From an uncultured Lachnospiraceae bacterium (GTDB lineage Bacteria > Bacillota > Clostridia > Lachnospirales > Lachnospiraceae): DNA of 64,000 nt. Under the pieces are notes generated by a model. The model was not told the origin of the DNA, searched no databases, and was given only the letters and a program-made list of their open reading frames with translations. The stretch spans positions 4,999 through 68,998 of the forward strand of contig CAYRZL010000003.1 of the NCBI GenBank assembly GCA_964428795.1. Reading direction: 5' to 3'. Position numbers and translations under genes: made by a program. Shown piece by piece: positions 37,808 to 48,274 of this stretch. Each line of letters begins with the position of its first letter. Within the stretch, counting starts at the first letter, position 1.

Positions 37808-38455
37808 CTAAAAAATTTCTACAGCTCCATCTATTTCGGCATATAGTACCGTATTTTCCCGCATAAATTCTGCCTGACCGCTGGTGGCTTCTGTTAATTG
37901 GGCGAGCAAAGTGGTCAGACGTTCCTCGGGTACTATCAGTTTTAAAGAAACCATATCCGTATAAATAGAATCCATGGTGGGAATCTGTTCTTTGGCGAGA
38001 ATGTACTGGATCTTTCCAACACTGTTATAATCGGTATCTACTGTCAGTGGGATACCGGGGCGTTTTTCGATGATGACGCTGGCAGCCAGTCCCTCCTGGG
38101 CAGCTTTCTGATAGGCGCGCACCAGCCCACCGGTGCCCAGCAGCGTACCGCCGAAGTAACGGGTCACTACGACCAGTGTGTTGTGAATATCCTCTTTCAA
38201 TAATACATCCAGCATGGGTCGTCCTGCGGTACCGGCCGGTTCTCCGTCATCGCTGCATCGCTGCAGTTCGTGGTGGGGACCTGCCACAAAGGCGTAGCAG
38301 TTGTGGCGGGCATCCCAGTACTGCTTTTTCAGTGCCGCAATGTGTGCCAGTGCTTCCTCTTCTGTTTCAATCGATGTTACGTTAGCGATAAAACGGGATT
38401 TCTTCTCTATAATTTCCCCTGTACCGCCAATATATACGGTTTTATATGAAGTCAT
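37808..38455 (-). CDS. YigZ/IMPACT-family protein (UPF0029)
   Basis: About 215 aa from the ATG at 38455 (RBS AGGAAA); the track start is 38518. N-terminal UPF0029 motifs are EKKSRFIA, HNCYAF and DDGEPAGTAG. A C-terminal DUF1949-like domain follows. Confidence 0.8.
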   Translation of the reverse strand: MTSYKTVYIGGTGEIIEKKSRFIANVTSIETEEEALAHIAALKKQYWDARHNCYAFVAGPHHELQRCSDDGEPAGTAGRPMLDVLLKEDIHNTLVVVTRYFGGTLLGTGGLVRAYQKAAQEGLAASVIIEKRPGIPLTVDTDYNSVGKIQYILAKEQIPTMDSIYTDMVSLKLIVPEERLTTLLAQLTEATSGQAEFMRENTVLYAEIDGAVEIF

Positions 38456-38597
38456 AATATTTTCCTGCTTTTTCTCATGAACTGTCATTATCATATCAGA
38501 ACAGGGAGGGATGTGCAAGAGGTCAGATTTCTGTTGGTTAAAAAAGCTGAAAACCGTGGAAAGATATGTATATTACGGTTCGGGTCGGGGGAAATAG

Positions 38598-39253
38598 GAA
38601 AAAGGGGTTTTTGACAGAGAAGAGGAAGGGACAACAGGTATCGGAGAAGGAATCGCAATCCCCCATTGCAAGTCAGAGGTGATTGCCGCACCGGGGCTTG
38701 CGGCAATGGTGCTGAAAGACGGGGTAGATTACGATGCGCTGGACGGTGAGCCGGTAAATCTGATTTTTTTGATTGCGGCGCCGGATACAGAGGATAGTGT
38801 GCATTTAGAGGTGCTCAGCCGGTTGTCCCAGCTTTTGATGGACCCGGATTTTCAGGATGCACTTAGAGTTGCAAAAACGCCGGAAGAATTTCTGACTGTC
38901 ATTGATCAGGCGGAGGGAGGCAAAGAGGAGGAAGCAAAGTGTCATTGCGGCCTGTGATACAAAGGTTCCCATGGAACGCTTTAACGGAAAGCCTCTGTTG
39001 GAGGTGAAGGTGGCAGACGGGAATGCTGGCTGCGGCAGCCGATCCGCTGCATGTGATTCCCTGTACACTTGCCGGAGCGGGAGCTGCAGGACTTTTGTCC
39101 GCATTGTTTGGATGTTCCCTGATGGCTCCTCATGGCGGCGTGTTCGTGTTCGCAACAGTAGGAAAACCGCTGCTCTATATTATTGTATGGATCATTGGTT
39201 CATTGATCACATGCTTTATGCTTGGCATTTTAAAGAAGAATGCGCGGACATAA
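38598..39253 (+). pseudogene. Remnant of a fructose-family PTS EIIABC gene (fruA-like) with large internal deletions and frameshifts
   Basis: Three frames carry collinear fragments. Frame 0 holds the EIIA(Fru/Mtl) core with the active-site GIGEGIAIPHC, but it lacks the N-terminal roughly 45 aa and any start (stop at 38595). Frame 1 holds the EIIB end (VIAACDTKVPMERFNGKPLLEV). Frame 2 holds only the last roughly 75 aa of EIIC (APHGGVFVFATVGKPLLY...). The total is about 0.66 kb, against the roughly 1.9 kb expected for an intact gene. Confidence 0.65.
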
Positions 39254-39350
39254 GACGACGTTAAAAGAGGAATGGACAGGGCAGAAGAAGAAAAACTTTT
39301 CATTATCTCTATTATTTGCTATACTATTAGTGGAATAATGGAGGAACCCT

Positions 39351-41990
39351 ATGGATTTTGGAGAAAAAAATACCAGAAAATTAAAAAGGGAGCTGAATAA
39401 AAAGGGTCCTAAAATAAAGAAAAAGGTATTTGTTATTTTTACAAAGGCCTTTTTGGCGCTCGTGCTGGCGGTGGTCGTGGCAGGTGTTTCCGCAGGAATC
39501 GGCGCAGTGCGGGGAATTATAGATAACGCACCGGACATTTCTGAAATCGATGCTACTCCAAGGGGCTATCAGTCCGTTCTGCTGGATGGGAACGGAGACG
39601 AGATCATGAAGCTGGTGGCGGAGGGAGGCAACCGTGTTTATGCAACGCTGGACGAAATACCGGAGGATCTGCAGCACGCATTCGTTGCGATTGAGGACGA
39701 GCGCTTTTATGAGCATAACGGAATTGATATCCGAGCAATTCTGCGGGCAGGTGTCCATGGTGTGATGAATGGATTTCATTTTACCGAGGGCGGAAGTACC
39801 ATTACCCAGCAGCTTTTGAAAAACAATGTGTTTGATAACTGGGTCAATGAGAGTAAGACGGAACGGGTAAAGCGGAAATTGCAGGAACAGTACCTGGCAG
39901 TTGAACTGGAAAAGATACAGGATAAAGACTGGATACTTGAAAACTATCTTAATACGATCAATATGGGACAAAATACCCTGGGAGTGCAGGCGGCTTCCCG
40001 CAGATATTTTGGAAAGAATGTGTCGGAATTGACGTTGTCAGAGTGCGCGGTTATGGCAGCTATCACAAACAATCCGGAGCGGTATAACCCGATTCATCAC
40101 CCGGAAAAAAATGCTGCCCGCCGGGAAATTGTGCTGAATTATATGAAAGAGCAGGGGTATATTGATCAGGCGCAATTTGACGAAGCTATGGCGGACAATG
40201 TGTATGAGCGGATTCAGGAAGTAAATATGAAGTTCCAGAACCAGGAAAAGGAGATCACTTCCTATTTTGTAGATGCGGTTATGGAGCAGGTGATCGAGGA
40301 TTTGCAGGAGGAACTGGGCTATTCAGAGACACAGGCGTACACCGCGCTGTACAGCGGTGGTCTTACCGTATGCACTACATTGGATCCTCAGCTTCAGGAT
40401 ATTTGCGACGCACAGGTGAACGACGCGGATAATTATGACGAAGATACAAGCATATCTGTTTCCTTTGCGCTTTCCATTCAGCGCGAGGATGGCAGCATAG
40501 ATAATTATGACCAGGAGACGATGCTCTCCTATTACCAGAAGGAGGATGAAGATTACAATCTGGAGTTTGACGATCAGGCGGCTGCTCAGGAGGCATATGA
40601 AGCATACAAGGCTCAGATGCTGTCAGAGGGCGGCAGTATAGTGGATGGCGGAGAGCGTGTTACCTATGTGCTTCAGCCGCAGGTGGCTGTGACGGTCATG
40701 GATCAGTATACAGGGGAAGTAAAAGCGATCGTCGGCGGACGGGGAGACAAGGTTGCAAACCGTACCCTGAACAGAGCTACTTCTTCCACACGTCAGCCGG
40801 GTTCTACATTCAAGGTTCTTGCCACCTATGCAGCAGCGTTGGATAAGGGCGGTATGACGCTGGCAAGCGTGCAGGATGATGCACCGTATGAGTATGAAAA
40901 CGGAGAGGTTGTCAAAAATTATGATAAGAAATACAGAGGATATACGACACTCCATCAGGCAATCACAAATTCCATTAACGTGGTAACGGTGAAGACACTG
41001 ACCGATATTACGCCGCAGCTGGGGTATGATTATCTTCTGAACATGGGATTTACCACACTGGATGAAAAAGAGGACGTCACGCAGTCATTGGCGCTGGGGG
41101 GCATCACATACGGGGTGACGAATCTTGAGCTGACTGCAGCCTACGCTATGATTGCCAATGACGGGACATACATCAAACCGCGGTTTTATACACAGATTCT
41201 GGATCATGAGGGTAATGTGCTTCTGGATAAAAAGGCAGAATCTCATACCGTGCTGAAAGAAACCACAGCTTATCTGCTGACGACAGCTATGGAAGATGTT
41301 ATGACGCAGGGAACCGGAAAGACAGCCAATCTGGAAGGTATGACAGCCGCCGGTAAAACCGGAACGACAAATGACAACAGAGTAACGTTGTTTGCCGGAT
41401 TTACCCCGTACTATACCTGCGTGGTATGGGGAGCATATGACGACAATTCGTCTCTGGAAAAGACACAGTTTTCGAGGACTTTGTGGAAAAACATCATGCA
41501 GGAGATCCATACTGGTCTGGAGGATAAAGAGTTTGAACAGCCGGAGAATATTGTGACAGCAAAAATCTGTACGAAATCGGGTAAGCTTGCTGTCAACGGA
41601 TTGTGCAACTGTGATCCGAGAGGCTCTATGGTTGTAACGGAATATTTTGAAAAGGGGACAGAACCGACGGAGGTTTGCGACCATCATGTAGGTATGACTA
41701 TCTGTAAAGAATCCGGTATGGTTGCAGGAGAATTCTGCCCGGATGATCAGAAACAAACGAAGGTTTTTATGACAAAAGGATCTACTTCTACCGAGGATGC
41801 AAAATATGTACTTACCAGAAAATTCAAAAACATCACCTGTAATATTCACACAAAGAAACAGGAGGAGACGGAAGAAGAGGATGAAAAAGATTCTGAAAAG
41901 AAGAACGACAGTAAAGAGGATGAAAAACAAAACACATCAGAAAATGTGTCGGATATTTTACAGAATATTTTAAATCAGGTGTCACAATAG
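39351..41990 (+). CDS. Class A penicillin-binding protein (PBP1A-type transglycosylase/transpeptidase)
   Basis: 879 aa with an N-terminal TM anchor. GT51 motifs: EDERFYEHNGID, GGSTITQQL and RRYFGK. Transpeptidase motifs: STFK, SIN and KTGT. The C-terminal tail is Cys-rich and acidic. Confidence 0.92.
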   Translation: MDFGEKNTRKLKRELNKKGPKIKKKVFVIFTKAFLALVLAVVVAGVSAGIGAVRGIIDNAPDISEIDATPRGYQSVLLDGNGDEIMKLVAEGGNRVYATLDEIPEDLQHAFVAIEDERFYEHNGIDIRAILRAGVHGVMNGFHFTEGGSTITQQLLKNNVFDNWVNESKTERVKRKLQEQYLAVELEKIQDKDWILENYLNTINMGQNTLGVQAASRRYFGKNVSELTLSECAVMAAITNNPERYNPIHHPEKNAARREIVLNYMKEQGYIDQAQFDEAMADNVYERIQEVNMKFQNQEKEITSYFVDAVMEQVIEDLQEELGYSETQAYTALYSGGLTVCTTLDPQLQDICDAQVNDADNYDEDTSISVSFALSIQREDGSIDNYDQETMLSYYQKEDEDYNLEFDDQAAAQEAYEAYKAQMLSEGGSIVDGGERVTYVLQPQVAVTVMDQYTGEVKAIVGGRGDKVANRTLNRATSSTRQPGSTFKVLATYAAALDKGGMTLASVQDDAPYEYENGEVVKNYDKKYRGYTTLHQAITNSINVVTVKTLTDITPQLGYDYLLNMGFTTLDEKEDVTQSLALGGITYGVTNLELTAAYAMIANDGTYIKPRFYTQILDHEGNVLLDKKAESHTVLKETTAYLLTTAMEDVMTQGTGKTANLEGMTAAGKTGTTNDNRVTLFAGFTPYYTCVVWGAYDDNSSLEKTQFSRTLWKNIMQEIHTGLEDKEFEQPENIVTAKICTKSGKLAVNGLCNCDPRGSMVVTEYFEKGTEPTEVCDHHVGMTICKESGMVAGEFCPDDQKQTKVFMTKGSTSTEDAKYVLTRKFKNITCNIHTKKQEETEEEDEKDSEKKNDSKEDEKQNTSENVSDILQNILNQVSQ

Positions 41991-42002
41991 AAGTACCGGA
42001 CA

Positions 42003-42040
42003 GGAAGCAGCCTGCATAACAAGGGCTGCTTCCTTTTGTT
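42003..42040 (+). terminator. Rho-independent terminator after the PBP gene
   Basis: 10-bp stem ggaagcagcc / ggctgcttcc followed by TTTTGTT. Confidence 0.8.
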
Positions 42041-42222
42041 ATGTATACTTTTTGGATGAGGAAGGGAATGATATAATTGACGGAAAAATGATGCTTTGAA
42101 AAACTTTCCTTCAAAAAAACAAAAGGTAAAAAAGTTAATAAAAATGATGTAATTGTCGTAAATGCACAAAACAAATGTTTGGAGAAAAATTGGTTTATTT
42201 ATCAAAAAAATAGTTTTTGATT

Positions 42223-42293
42223 TGTGGATAACGTTTATAACTTTGTGTATAACTTGATTTTCCGTTGTTTTTCAAATGTTGATTTGTGGATAA
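42223..42293 (+). promoter_or_regulatory. Cluster of DnaA-box motifs (two perfect, one single-mismatch) in the same orientation
   Basis: TGTGGATAA, the complement of the consensus TTATCCACA, occurs at 42223-42231 and 42285-42293. TGTGTATAA occurs at 42244-42252. The two perfect boxes sit inside a repeated 16-mer, TTGATTTGTGGATAAC. The cluster lies in a roughly 650-bp AT-rich non-coding region. Confidence 0.55.
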
Positions 42294-42698
42294 CTTGTTT
42301 GAAGAAAAAAGTAATTTATTTAAAAATTCTTCTTGACTTAAAAAAAATTGTGTAAATTGCATAGGGTTTGAAGATGTCAAAATAGTTTGATTTTTGCAAG
42401 AAAAAAAATAAAGTTGCAAAATATAATACAAAAAAAGTTTACATAAAGAATGTTACAAAAGTGTTTCGTAATTGTTGTGGCATATGGAAAAATAGGGCTT
42501 TGTGAACTATGTATATGAGGAAAGTCTAAAAAAAATCTAAAATAATTGAGAAATTGCATAAAAAAATGCTATTTCCTCTTTACATTTTTTGGTGTTTTGT
42601 CTTAAAATGAATAGAAATAGTTTAAAAATTATAAAATGTAGTGGAAAATTTATTGTGAAAGTTGTCCAGAATACAATGAATTTAAAGTGGGGGATAAT

Positions 42699-43787
42699 AT
42701 GATATCAAATCAGATACTGCAAAACACCATTGATGGGCTGAAAAATATTACCAGGATTGATCTGGCGATTATCGATACGGAAGGAAAGGTGCTGGCGAGT
42801 ACGTTTTCAGATGCGGAGCGCTACATGCATCCCGCAAGAGCTTTTGTGGATTCTCCGGCAGACAGTCAGGTAGTACAGGGTTGTCTGTTCTTCAAGGTGT
42901 TTGATGAAAACCAGATGGAATACGTGTTGCTGGCAAACGGGGACAGCGATGATGTATTTATGGTAGGAAAGATTGCAAGCTTCCAGATACAGAATCTTCT
43001 GGTTGCATATAAAGAGCGTTTTGATAAAGATAATTTTATCAAGAACCTGTTGTTGGACAATCTGCTGCTGGTTGATATTTATAACCGGGCAAAGAAACTG
43101 CATATCGCTACGGATGTAAGACGGGTAGTTTACATTGTGGAAACGAATCGTGAGAAAGAGGGAAATGAACTGGAAAGGGTGCGCAGCCTTTTTGAGGGGA
43201 AGGTTCATGACTTTGTCACCGCAGTTGACGAGAAGAACATTATTGTGGTAAAAGAAGTCAGTGAGAATGATACTGCTGTGGAGCTGGAGCGTATTGCCGA
43301 TATGATTCTCGGCATATTCAAGCCGGATCATAATTATGACATACATATCGCATATGGTACCGTGGTAAATGAAATCAAAGAGGTTTCCCGTTCCTACAAA
43401 GAAGCGCGCATGGCCTTGGATGTGGGCAAGACTTTCTTTGAGGATCGCAATATCATTGCTTACTCTGCGCTGGGTATCGGGCGTCTGATCTATCAGCTTC
43501 CGATTCCTCTCTGCAAGATGTTTATCAAAGAAATTTTCGGCGGAAAATCACCGGATGAATTTGATGAGGAGACGCTGGTTACGATCAATAAGTTTTTCGA
43601 AAACAGCCTGAATGTTTCTGAGACTTCCAGACAATTATATATTCACAGGAATACGCTGGTATATCGTCTGGATAAACTACAGAAGAGTACGGGGTTAGAT
43701 CTGAGGGTATTTGAAGATGCGATTACCTTCAAAATCGCATTGATGGTAGTAAAATACATGAGATATATGGAGTCGCTGGATTATTAA
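42699..43787 (+). CDS. PucR/CdaR-family transcriptional regulator
   Basis: About 362 aa from the ATG at 42699; the track start is the GTG at 42687. The C-terminal PucR-type HTH is SETSRQLYIHRNTLVYRLDKLQKSTGLD. Confidence 0.8.
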   Translation: MISNQILQNTIDGLKNITRIDLAIIDTEGKVLASTFSDAERYMHPARAFVDSPADSQVVQGCLFFKVFDENQMEYVLLANGDSDDVFMVGKIASFQIQNLLVAYKERFDKDNFIKNLLLDNLLLVDIYNRAKKLHIATDVRRVVYIVETNREKEGNELERVRSLFEGKVHDFVTAVDEKNIIVVKEVSENDTAVELERIADMILGIFKPDHNYDIHIAYGTVVNEIKEVSRSYKEARMALDVGKTFFEDRNIIAYSALGIGRLIYQLPIPLCKMFIKEIFGGKSPDEFDEETLVTINKFFENSLNVSETSRQLYIHRNTLVYRLDKLQKSTGLDLRVFEDAITFKIALMVVKYMRYMESLDY

Positions 43788-43839
43788 CAGATGATGCTGG
43801 CCATATATTTCGGGCATAACGTAAAAAGTGGAGGCATAT

Positions 43840-44523
43840 ATGATTAGAATGGAGCATGTAAGCATGACTTACAGTACAGGCACGACTGCCTTAAACGACG
43901 TAAGTCTGCACATTGAACCTGGTGAATTTGTCTTTGTCATTGGAGACAGTGGTTCCGGTAAATCTACATTGATGAAGCTGCTGATGAAGGAGCTGGAACC
44001 GACAAAGGGACGTATTCGCGTGGATCGTAAGGATCTGTCAAAGATCAAACACAGACAGATTCCGAAATACCGCAGAAATATAGGAATGGTGTTTCAGGAT
44101 TTCCGTCTGTTGAAGGATCGCAGTGTGTTTGAGAATGTTGCTTTTGCACTTCGTGTTGTTGCAACGCCGACGAGAGTAATTCGAAGAAAAGTACCGCAGA
44201 TGTTGTCGCTGGTAGGACTTGCGGCAAATTACAGGGCGCTGCCAAGTCAGATATCAGGCGGTGAGCAGCAGCGTGTGGGCATTGCCCGTGCTTTGGTAAA
44301 TGAGCCGAAGATCCTGCTGGCGGATGAACCGACCGGAAACCTTGATATGACCAATGCATGGGAGATCATGGCACTTTTGGATGAGATCAATCAGAGAGGT
44401 ACTACGGTGCTTGTGGTAACGCACAATCAGGAAATAGTAGACGAGATGAAAAAGAGAGTCATCCGTTTGAAAAACGGTTCCATAGTCAGTGATGAAAAGG
44501 GGGAAGATAATTATGCGGTTTAA
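43840..44523 (+). CDS. ftsE: Cell division ATP-binding protein FtsE
   Basis: About 227 aa from the ATG at 43840 (RBS GGAGG). Walker [10 protein letters not shown], signature SGGEQQR and Walker [12 protein letters not shown]. It is followed by ftsX. Confidence 0.9.
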   Translation: MIRMEHVSMTYSTGTTALNDVSLHIEPGEFVFVIGDSGSGKSTLMKLLMKELEPTKGRIRVDRKDLSKIKHRQIPKYRRNIGMVFQDFRLLKDRSVFENVAFALRVVATPTRVIRRKVPQMLSLVGLAANYRALPSQISGGEQQRVGIARALVNEPKILLADEPTGNLDMTNAWEIMALLDEINQRGTTVLVVTHNQEIVDEMKKRVIRLKNGSIVSDEKGEDNYAV

Positions 44524-45421
44524 TACATTTATTTTTACCCTGAGATCAGGCGTTGCGAATATATGGAAAAACAAATTGTTCTCTTTGATTTCCATTGCAA
44601 CTATGGCGGCATGTATTTTCCTGTTCGGATTATTCTTTGCGATTATCAGTAATTTTCAGAATGTAGTAAAGAATGTGGAATCTGAGGTGGCAATTACAGT
44701 ACTGTTTGATGATGATGCTACGGATGAACAGATTACCGCTATCGGCGAGCTGATCCGTCAGCGCCCGGAAGTGGCAGATTACAAATATACCGATGCAGAT
44801 GAGGCATGGCAGAAATTTATTGATGATTACCTGGGTGACAGTGTAGAGCTGGGTGATACATTTGAGGATGACAATCCGCTGGCAAATTCTACCAGCTATA
44901 CCGTTTACCTGAAGGATGTGTCACAGCAGGAGCAGCTGGTAGAATATCTGGAAACGATACCCGGTGTCCGCGAGATCAACCGATCCGAGCTTGCGGCAAA
45001 TACATTGATGGATTTCAACCGTCTGCTGACCTATGTGTCCGGCGGTATTATTATCATTTTGATCTGTGCGGCAATTTTCCTGATCAGTAATACGGTTACT
45101 GTAGGTATTACGGTACGAAGCGAAGAGATTGGAATTATGAAAATGATCGGAGCCACAGACTTTCTGGTGCGTGCGCCTTTCGTGATCGAGGGTATTTTAA
45201 TCGGTATCATTGGTTCTGTCATTCCGCTGTTTATATTGTATGAATTGTATATAAGGGTTATTGCGTATATCGGTGACAATTTTGCATTTTTACAGCGTAT
45301 GCTGAATTTTATGTCGGCACGGTCAATTTTTGAGGTTCTTGTTCCGATTGCGCTGATTCTTGGCGTGGGTGTCGGATACATTGGAAGCTTTTTTACCGTG
45401 CGCAAGCATTTGCGCGTTTAA
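44513..45421 (+). CDS. ftsX: Cell division permease-like protein FtsX
   Basis: About 302 aa from the ATG at 44513. TM1, a large extracellular loop and three C-terminal TM helices give the FtsX topology. It overlaps the ftsE stop. Confidence 0.88.
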   Translation: MRFNTFIFTLRSGVANIWKNKLFSLISIATMAACIFLFGLFFAIISNFQNVVKNVESEVAITVLFDDDATDEQITAIGELIRQRPEVADYKYTDADEAWQKFIDDYLGDSVELGDTFEDDNPLANSTSYTVYLKDVSQQEQLVEYLETIPGVREINRSELAANTLMDFNRLLTYVSGGIIIILICAAIFLISNTVTVGITVRSEEIGIMKMIGATDFLVRAPFVIEGILIGIIGSVIPLFILYELYIRVIAYIGDNFAFLQRMLNFMSARSIFEVLVPIALILGVGVGYIGSFFTVRKHLRV

Positions 45422-45593
45422 TTATTTCAGAGCGATAAAGACTGTCAAGGGGAAGCATTCTGCCGCTCCTGGGCAGTTTTATTGCCATGTATGCGAAAGG
45501 AAGCTCCGGCGGAGGTTCCTTTTCGTTGCGTGTTGAGGAACAAAAGACTCCGCAAGGAGTATGTGATCATAAAGCGTGTTTGGAGGGAAGAAA

Positions 45594-46898
45594 ATGATCC
45601 AAAACGATAATAAATGGAATGATGACCTGAATCACTATCGCTCCAGTTATACAGGTACAGACAGCCAGGCGGATCTGAAGAAAGAGTACCGCCGCGGCTT
45701 AAGAAGGGGATTGCTCGGTATGGGAGTGGTCACCATTATTGTTGTGGTGGTTTTGGGCGGCTTGCTCATAGCCGGAGGAAAAGGTGAAAGTGTGGCAGAA
45801 AAGAACGGGGACGGAATCTTATCTGCCGACAACCAGCAAAAAATTCATGAGCTGGCGGAGTATATTGAAACCTATTATTATGAGGATGTAAATGAGGAGG
45901 ATCTTGTCAATGGTCTTTATAAAGGATTGTTCGAGGGATTGAACGATCCGTACTCCACTTATTACACGGAGGAAGAGTATAAGGATTTGTATGAGACCAG
46001 TATTTCCGGAAATTATTGCGGTATCGGCGCCGGACTGCAGCAAAATCAGGAAACTATGGAAGTGGTAGTGACAAAGGTCTACAGAAATTCACCGGCAGAG
46101 GAGGCCGGAATCCAGGTGGGAGACGTTATTACATATGTAGATGATATTGACGCCACCTCGATGGAGCTTGAACAACTGGTACAGAATATCCGCGGTGAGG
46201 AAAATACAAATGTTCATCTTCAGATTTATCGGGAGGGTGAAACGGATTATCTGGAATTTGATCTGACCCGTAGATTTCTTGATATCGAGACGGTAGAATA
46301 TAAGATGCTTGAGGACGGTATCGGATACATCTATATTACAGATTTTACCGGGGAGACTGCGCAGCAGTATGAAGAGGCTTATGCCGAACTCATAGCCCAG
46401 GGAATGAAGTCTATGATCGTAGATCTGCGTTATAATGGCGGGGGAATGCTGAGCGCTGTCTGCCAGATTCTGGATGATATTTTGCCGGAAGGACGTCTGG
46501 TTTACACGGAGTACAATGATGGAAGTGAGGAAGAGTATACGTCTGACGCAGACTGCATTGACATACCGATGGCAGTGCTGGTAAATGAGTACAGTGCCAG
46601 TGCATCCGAAATTTTTGCAGGAGCCATCCGTGATTATGAGTATGGTACGCTGATTGGAACGACTACTTTTGGAAAAGGTATCGTTCAGACCATTCAGCAG
46701 CTGGAGGATGGAAGCGCGGTGAAGCTTACCGTGGCAAAATATTATACGCCAAACGGTGACTATATTCACGGAAAAGGAATTGATCCGGACATAGAGCTGG
46801 AATATGAATTTTTGGGTACGGAAGAAGATGAGTATGATATTATGCTGGACAATCAGATTTTGAAGGCGGTTGAAATATTAAAAGGAGAGACAGATTAA
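45594..46898 (+). CDS. S41-family C-terminal processing peptidase (Ctp)
   Basis: About 434 aa from the ATG at 45594 (RBS GGAGGGAAG). An N-terminal TM anchor, a PDZ region (SPAEEAGIQVGDVI) and an S41 core (DLRYNGGG ... ASASEIFAGA ... TFGKG). Confidence 0.88.
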   Translation: MIQNDNKWNDDLNHYRSSYTGTDSQADLKKEYRRGLRRGLLGMGVVTIIVVVVLGGLLIAGGKGESVAEKNGDGILSADNQQKIHELAEYIETYYYEDVNEEDLVNGLYKGLFEGLNDPYSTYYTEEEYKDLYETSISGNYCGIGAGLQQNQETMEVVVTKVYRNSPAEEAGIQVGDVITYVDDIDATSMELEQLVQNIRGEENTNVHLQIYREGETDYLEFDLTRRFLDIETVEYKMLEDGIGYIYITDFTGETAQQYEEAYAELIAQGMKSMIVDLRYNGGGMLSAVCQILDDILPEGRLVYTEYNDGSEEEYTSDADCIDIPMAVLVNEYSASASEIFAGAIRDYEYGTLIGTTTFGKGIVQTIQQLEDGSAVKLTVAKYYTPNGDYIHGKGIDPDIELEYEFLGTEEDEYDIMLDNQILKAVEILKGETD

Positions 46899-46899
46899 A

Positions 46900-48270
46900 A
46901 TGGGCAAGTATTTTGGTACAGACGGTTTCAGAGGAGAAGCCAACAAGACATTGACCGTAGAACATGCGTATAAAGTGGGACGTTTTCTGGGCTGGTACTA
47001 TGGTCAGATCGATGAGGGAAAATGCAAGGTTGTCATCGGAAAAGATACAAGAAGATCGAGCTATATGTTTGAGTATTCACTGGTGGCAGGTCTGACTGCC
47101 TCCGGTGCGGACGTATATCTGCTTCATGTAACGACGACGCCTTCCGTATCTTATGTGGTGCGGACGGAGGATTTTGACTGTGGTATCATGATTTCCGCAA
47201 GCCACAATCCGTTTTATGATAACGGAATCAAGCTGATCAATGGTCAGGGAGAAAAGATGGATGAGACTACCATTTCTTATGTGGAAGCTTATATTGACGG
47301 TCAGCTGGAGCTGTTCGACAGAAAATGGGAGGATATTCCTTTTGCCACCGGCGAGGATATCGGACGTACGGTGGACTATGTGGCAGGGCGTAATCGCTAT
47401 GTGGGCTATCTGATTTCCATGGCTGTCCGTTCTTATCGCGGTATGCGTATAGGGTTGGATTGCGCCAATGGCAGCGCATGGATGATTGCGAAGAATATTT
47501 TTGACGCGCTCGGTGCAAAAACCTATGTGATCAACGCGGATCCGGACGGTACCAATATCAATAAAAATGCAGGATCCACGCATATTGAAGTATTGCAGAA
47601 ATATGTGATAGAAAATAATCTGGATGTAGGATTTGCCTACGATGGAGATGCGGATCGCTGCATGGCAGTGGATGAAAAAGGAAATGTGGTTGACGGTGAT
47701 CTGATCCTCTACATTTACGGGCGTTACATGAAGGAGCGCGGAAAGCTGCTGAATAATACGGTAGTCACGACGGTTATGTCGAACTTCGGTCTGTACAAGG
47801 CATTTGATGAGATCGGGATCGATTATGAAAAGACTGCTGTGGGCGATAAATATGTATATGAAAATATGGTGGCAAACGGACATCGCATCGGCGGCGAGCA
47901 GTCCGGACATATCATTTTCAGCAAATATGCCACCACTGGAGACGGGATTCTGACCTCCATCAAGATTATGGAAGTCATTCTGGAACGTAAGATGCCGCTG
48001 AGCAGGCTGGCGGAGCCTGTGACCATCTATCCGCAGGTGCTCAAGAATGTCCGTGTGCGCAGTAAACCGGAGGCACAGAATGATCCGGATGTGCAGGCAG
48101 CTGTCAGCGCTGTGGCAGAGAAGCTTGGCGATGGAGGACGTATCCTGGTGCGCGAGAGCGGTACGGAGCCGCTGATCCGCGTTATGGTGGAAGCTGAGAC
48201 AGAGAGCGAGTGCGAAAGATATGTGGATCAGGTCATCGAGGTAATCAAAGAGAAGGGATATTCGGTATAA
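46900..48270 (+). CDS. glmM: Phosphoglucosamine mutase
   Basis: 456 aa. N-terminus MGKYFGTDGFRG, phosphoserine loop SASHNP and metal loop DGDADR. Confidence 0.95.
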   Translation: MGKYFGTDGFRGEANKTLTVEHAYKVGRFLGWYYGQIDEGKCKVVIGKDTRRSSYMFEYSLVAGLTASGADVYLLHVTTTPSVSYVVRTEDFDCGIMISASHNPFYDNGIKLINGQGEKMDETTISYVEAYIDGQLELFDRKWEDIPFATGEDIGRTVDYVAGRNRYVGYLISMAVRSYRGMRIGLDCANGSAWMIAKNIFDALGAKTYVINADPDGTNINKNAGSTHIEVLQKYVIENNLDVGFAYDGDADRCMAVDEKGNVVDGDLILYIYGRYMKERGKLLNNTVVTTVMSNFGLYKAFDEIGIDYEKTAVGDKYVYENMVANGHRIGGEQSGHIIFSKYATTGDGILTSIKIMEVILERKMPLSRLAEPVTIYPQVLKNVRVRSKPEAQNDPDVQAAVSAVAEKLGDGGRILVRESGTEPLIRVMVEAETESECERYVDQVIEVIKEKGYSV

Positions 48271-48274
48271 AATT

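Noticed and set aside
38902-39264. 120-aa and 76-aa (39023-39253) ORFs as independent small genes
   Set aside because: Their translations match consecutive C-terminal pieces of PTS EIIB and EIIC in shifted frames. They lack an RBS and are best explained as pseudogene fragments.
42041-42698. Calling the AT-rich DnaA-box region the chromosomal origin (oriC)
   Set aside because: No dnaA, dnaN or rpmH lie nearby. Gene orientation stays on the + strand on both sides. Only three good boxes are present. It is reported as a DnaA-box cluster only.
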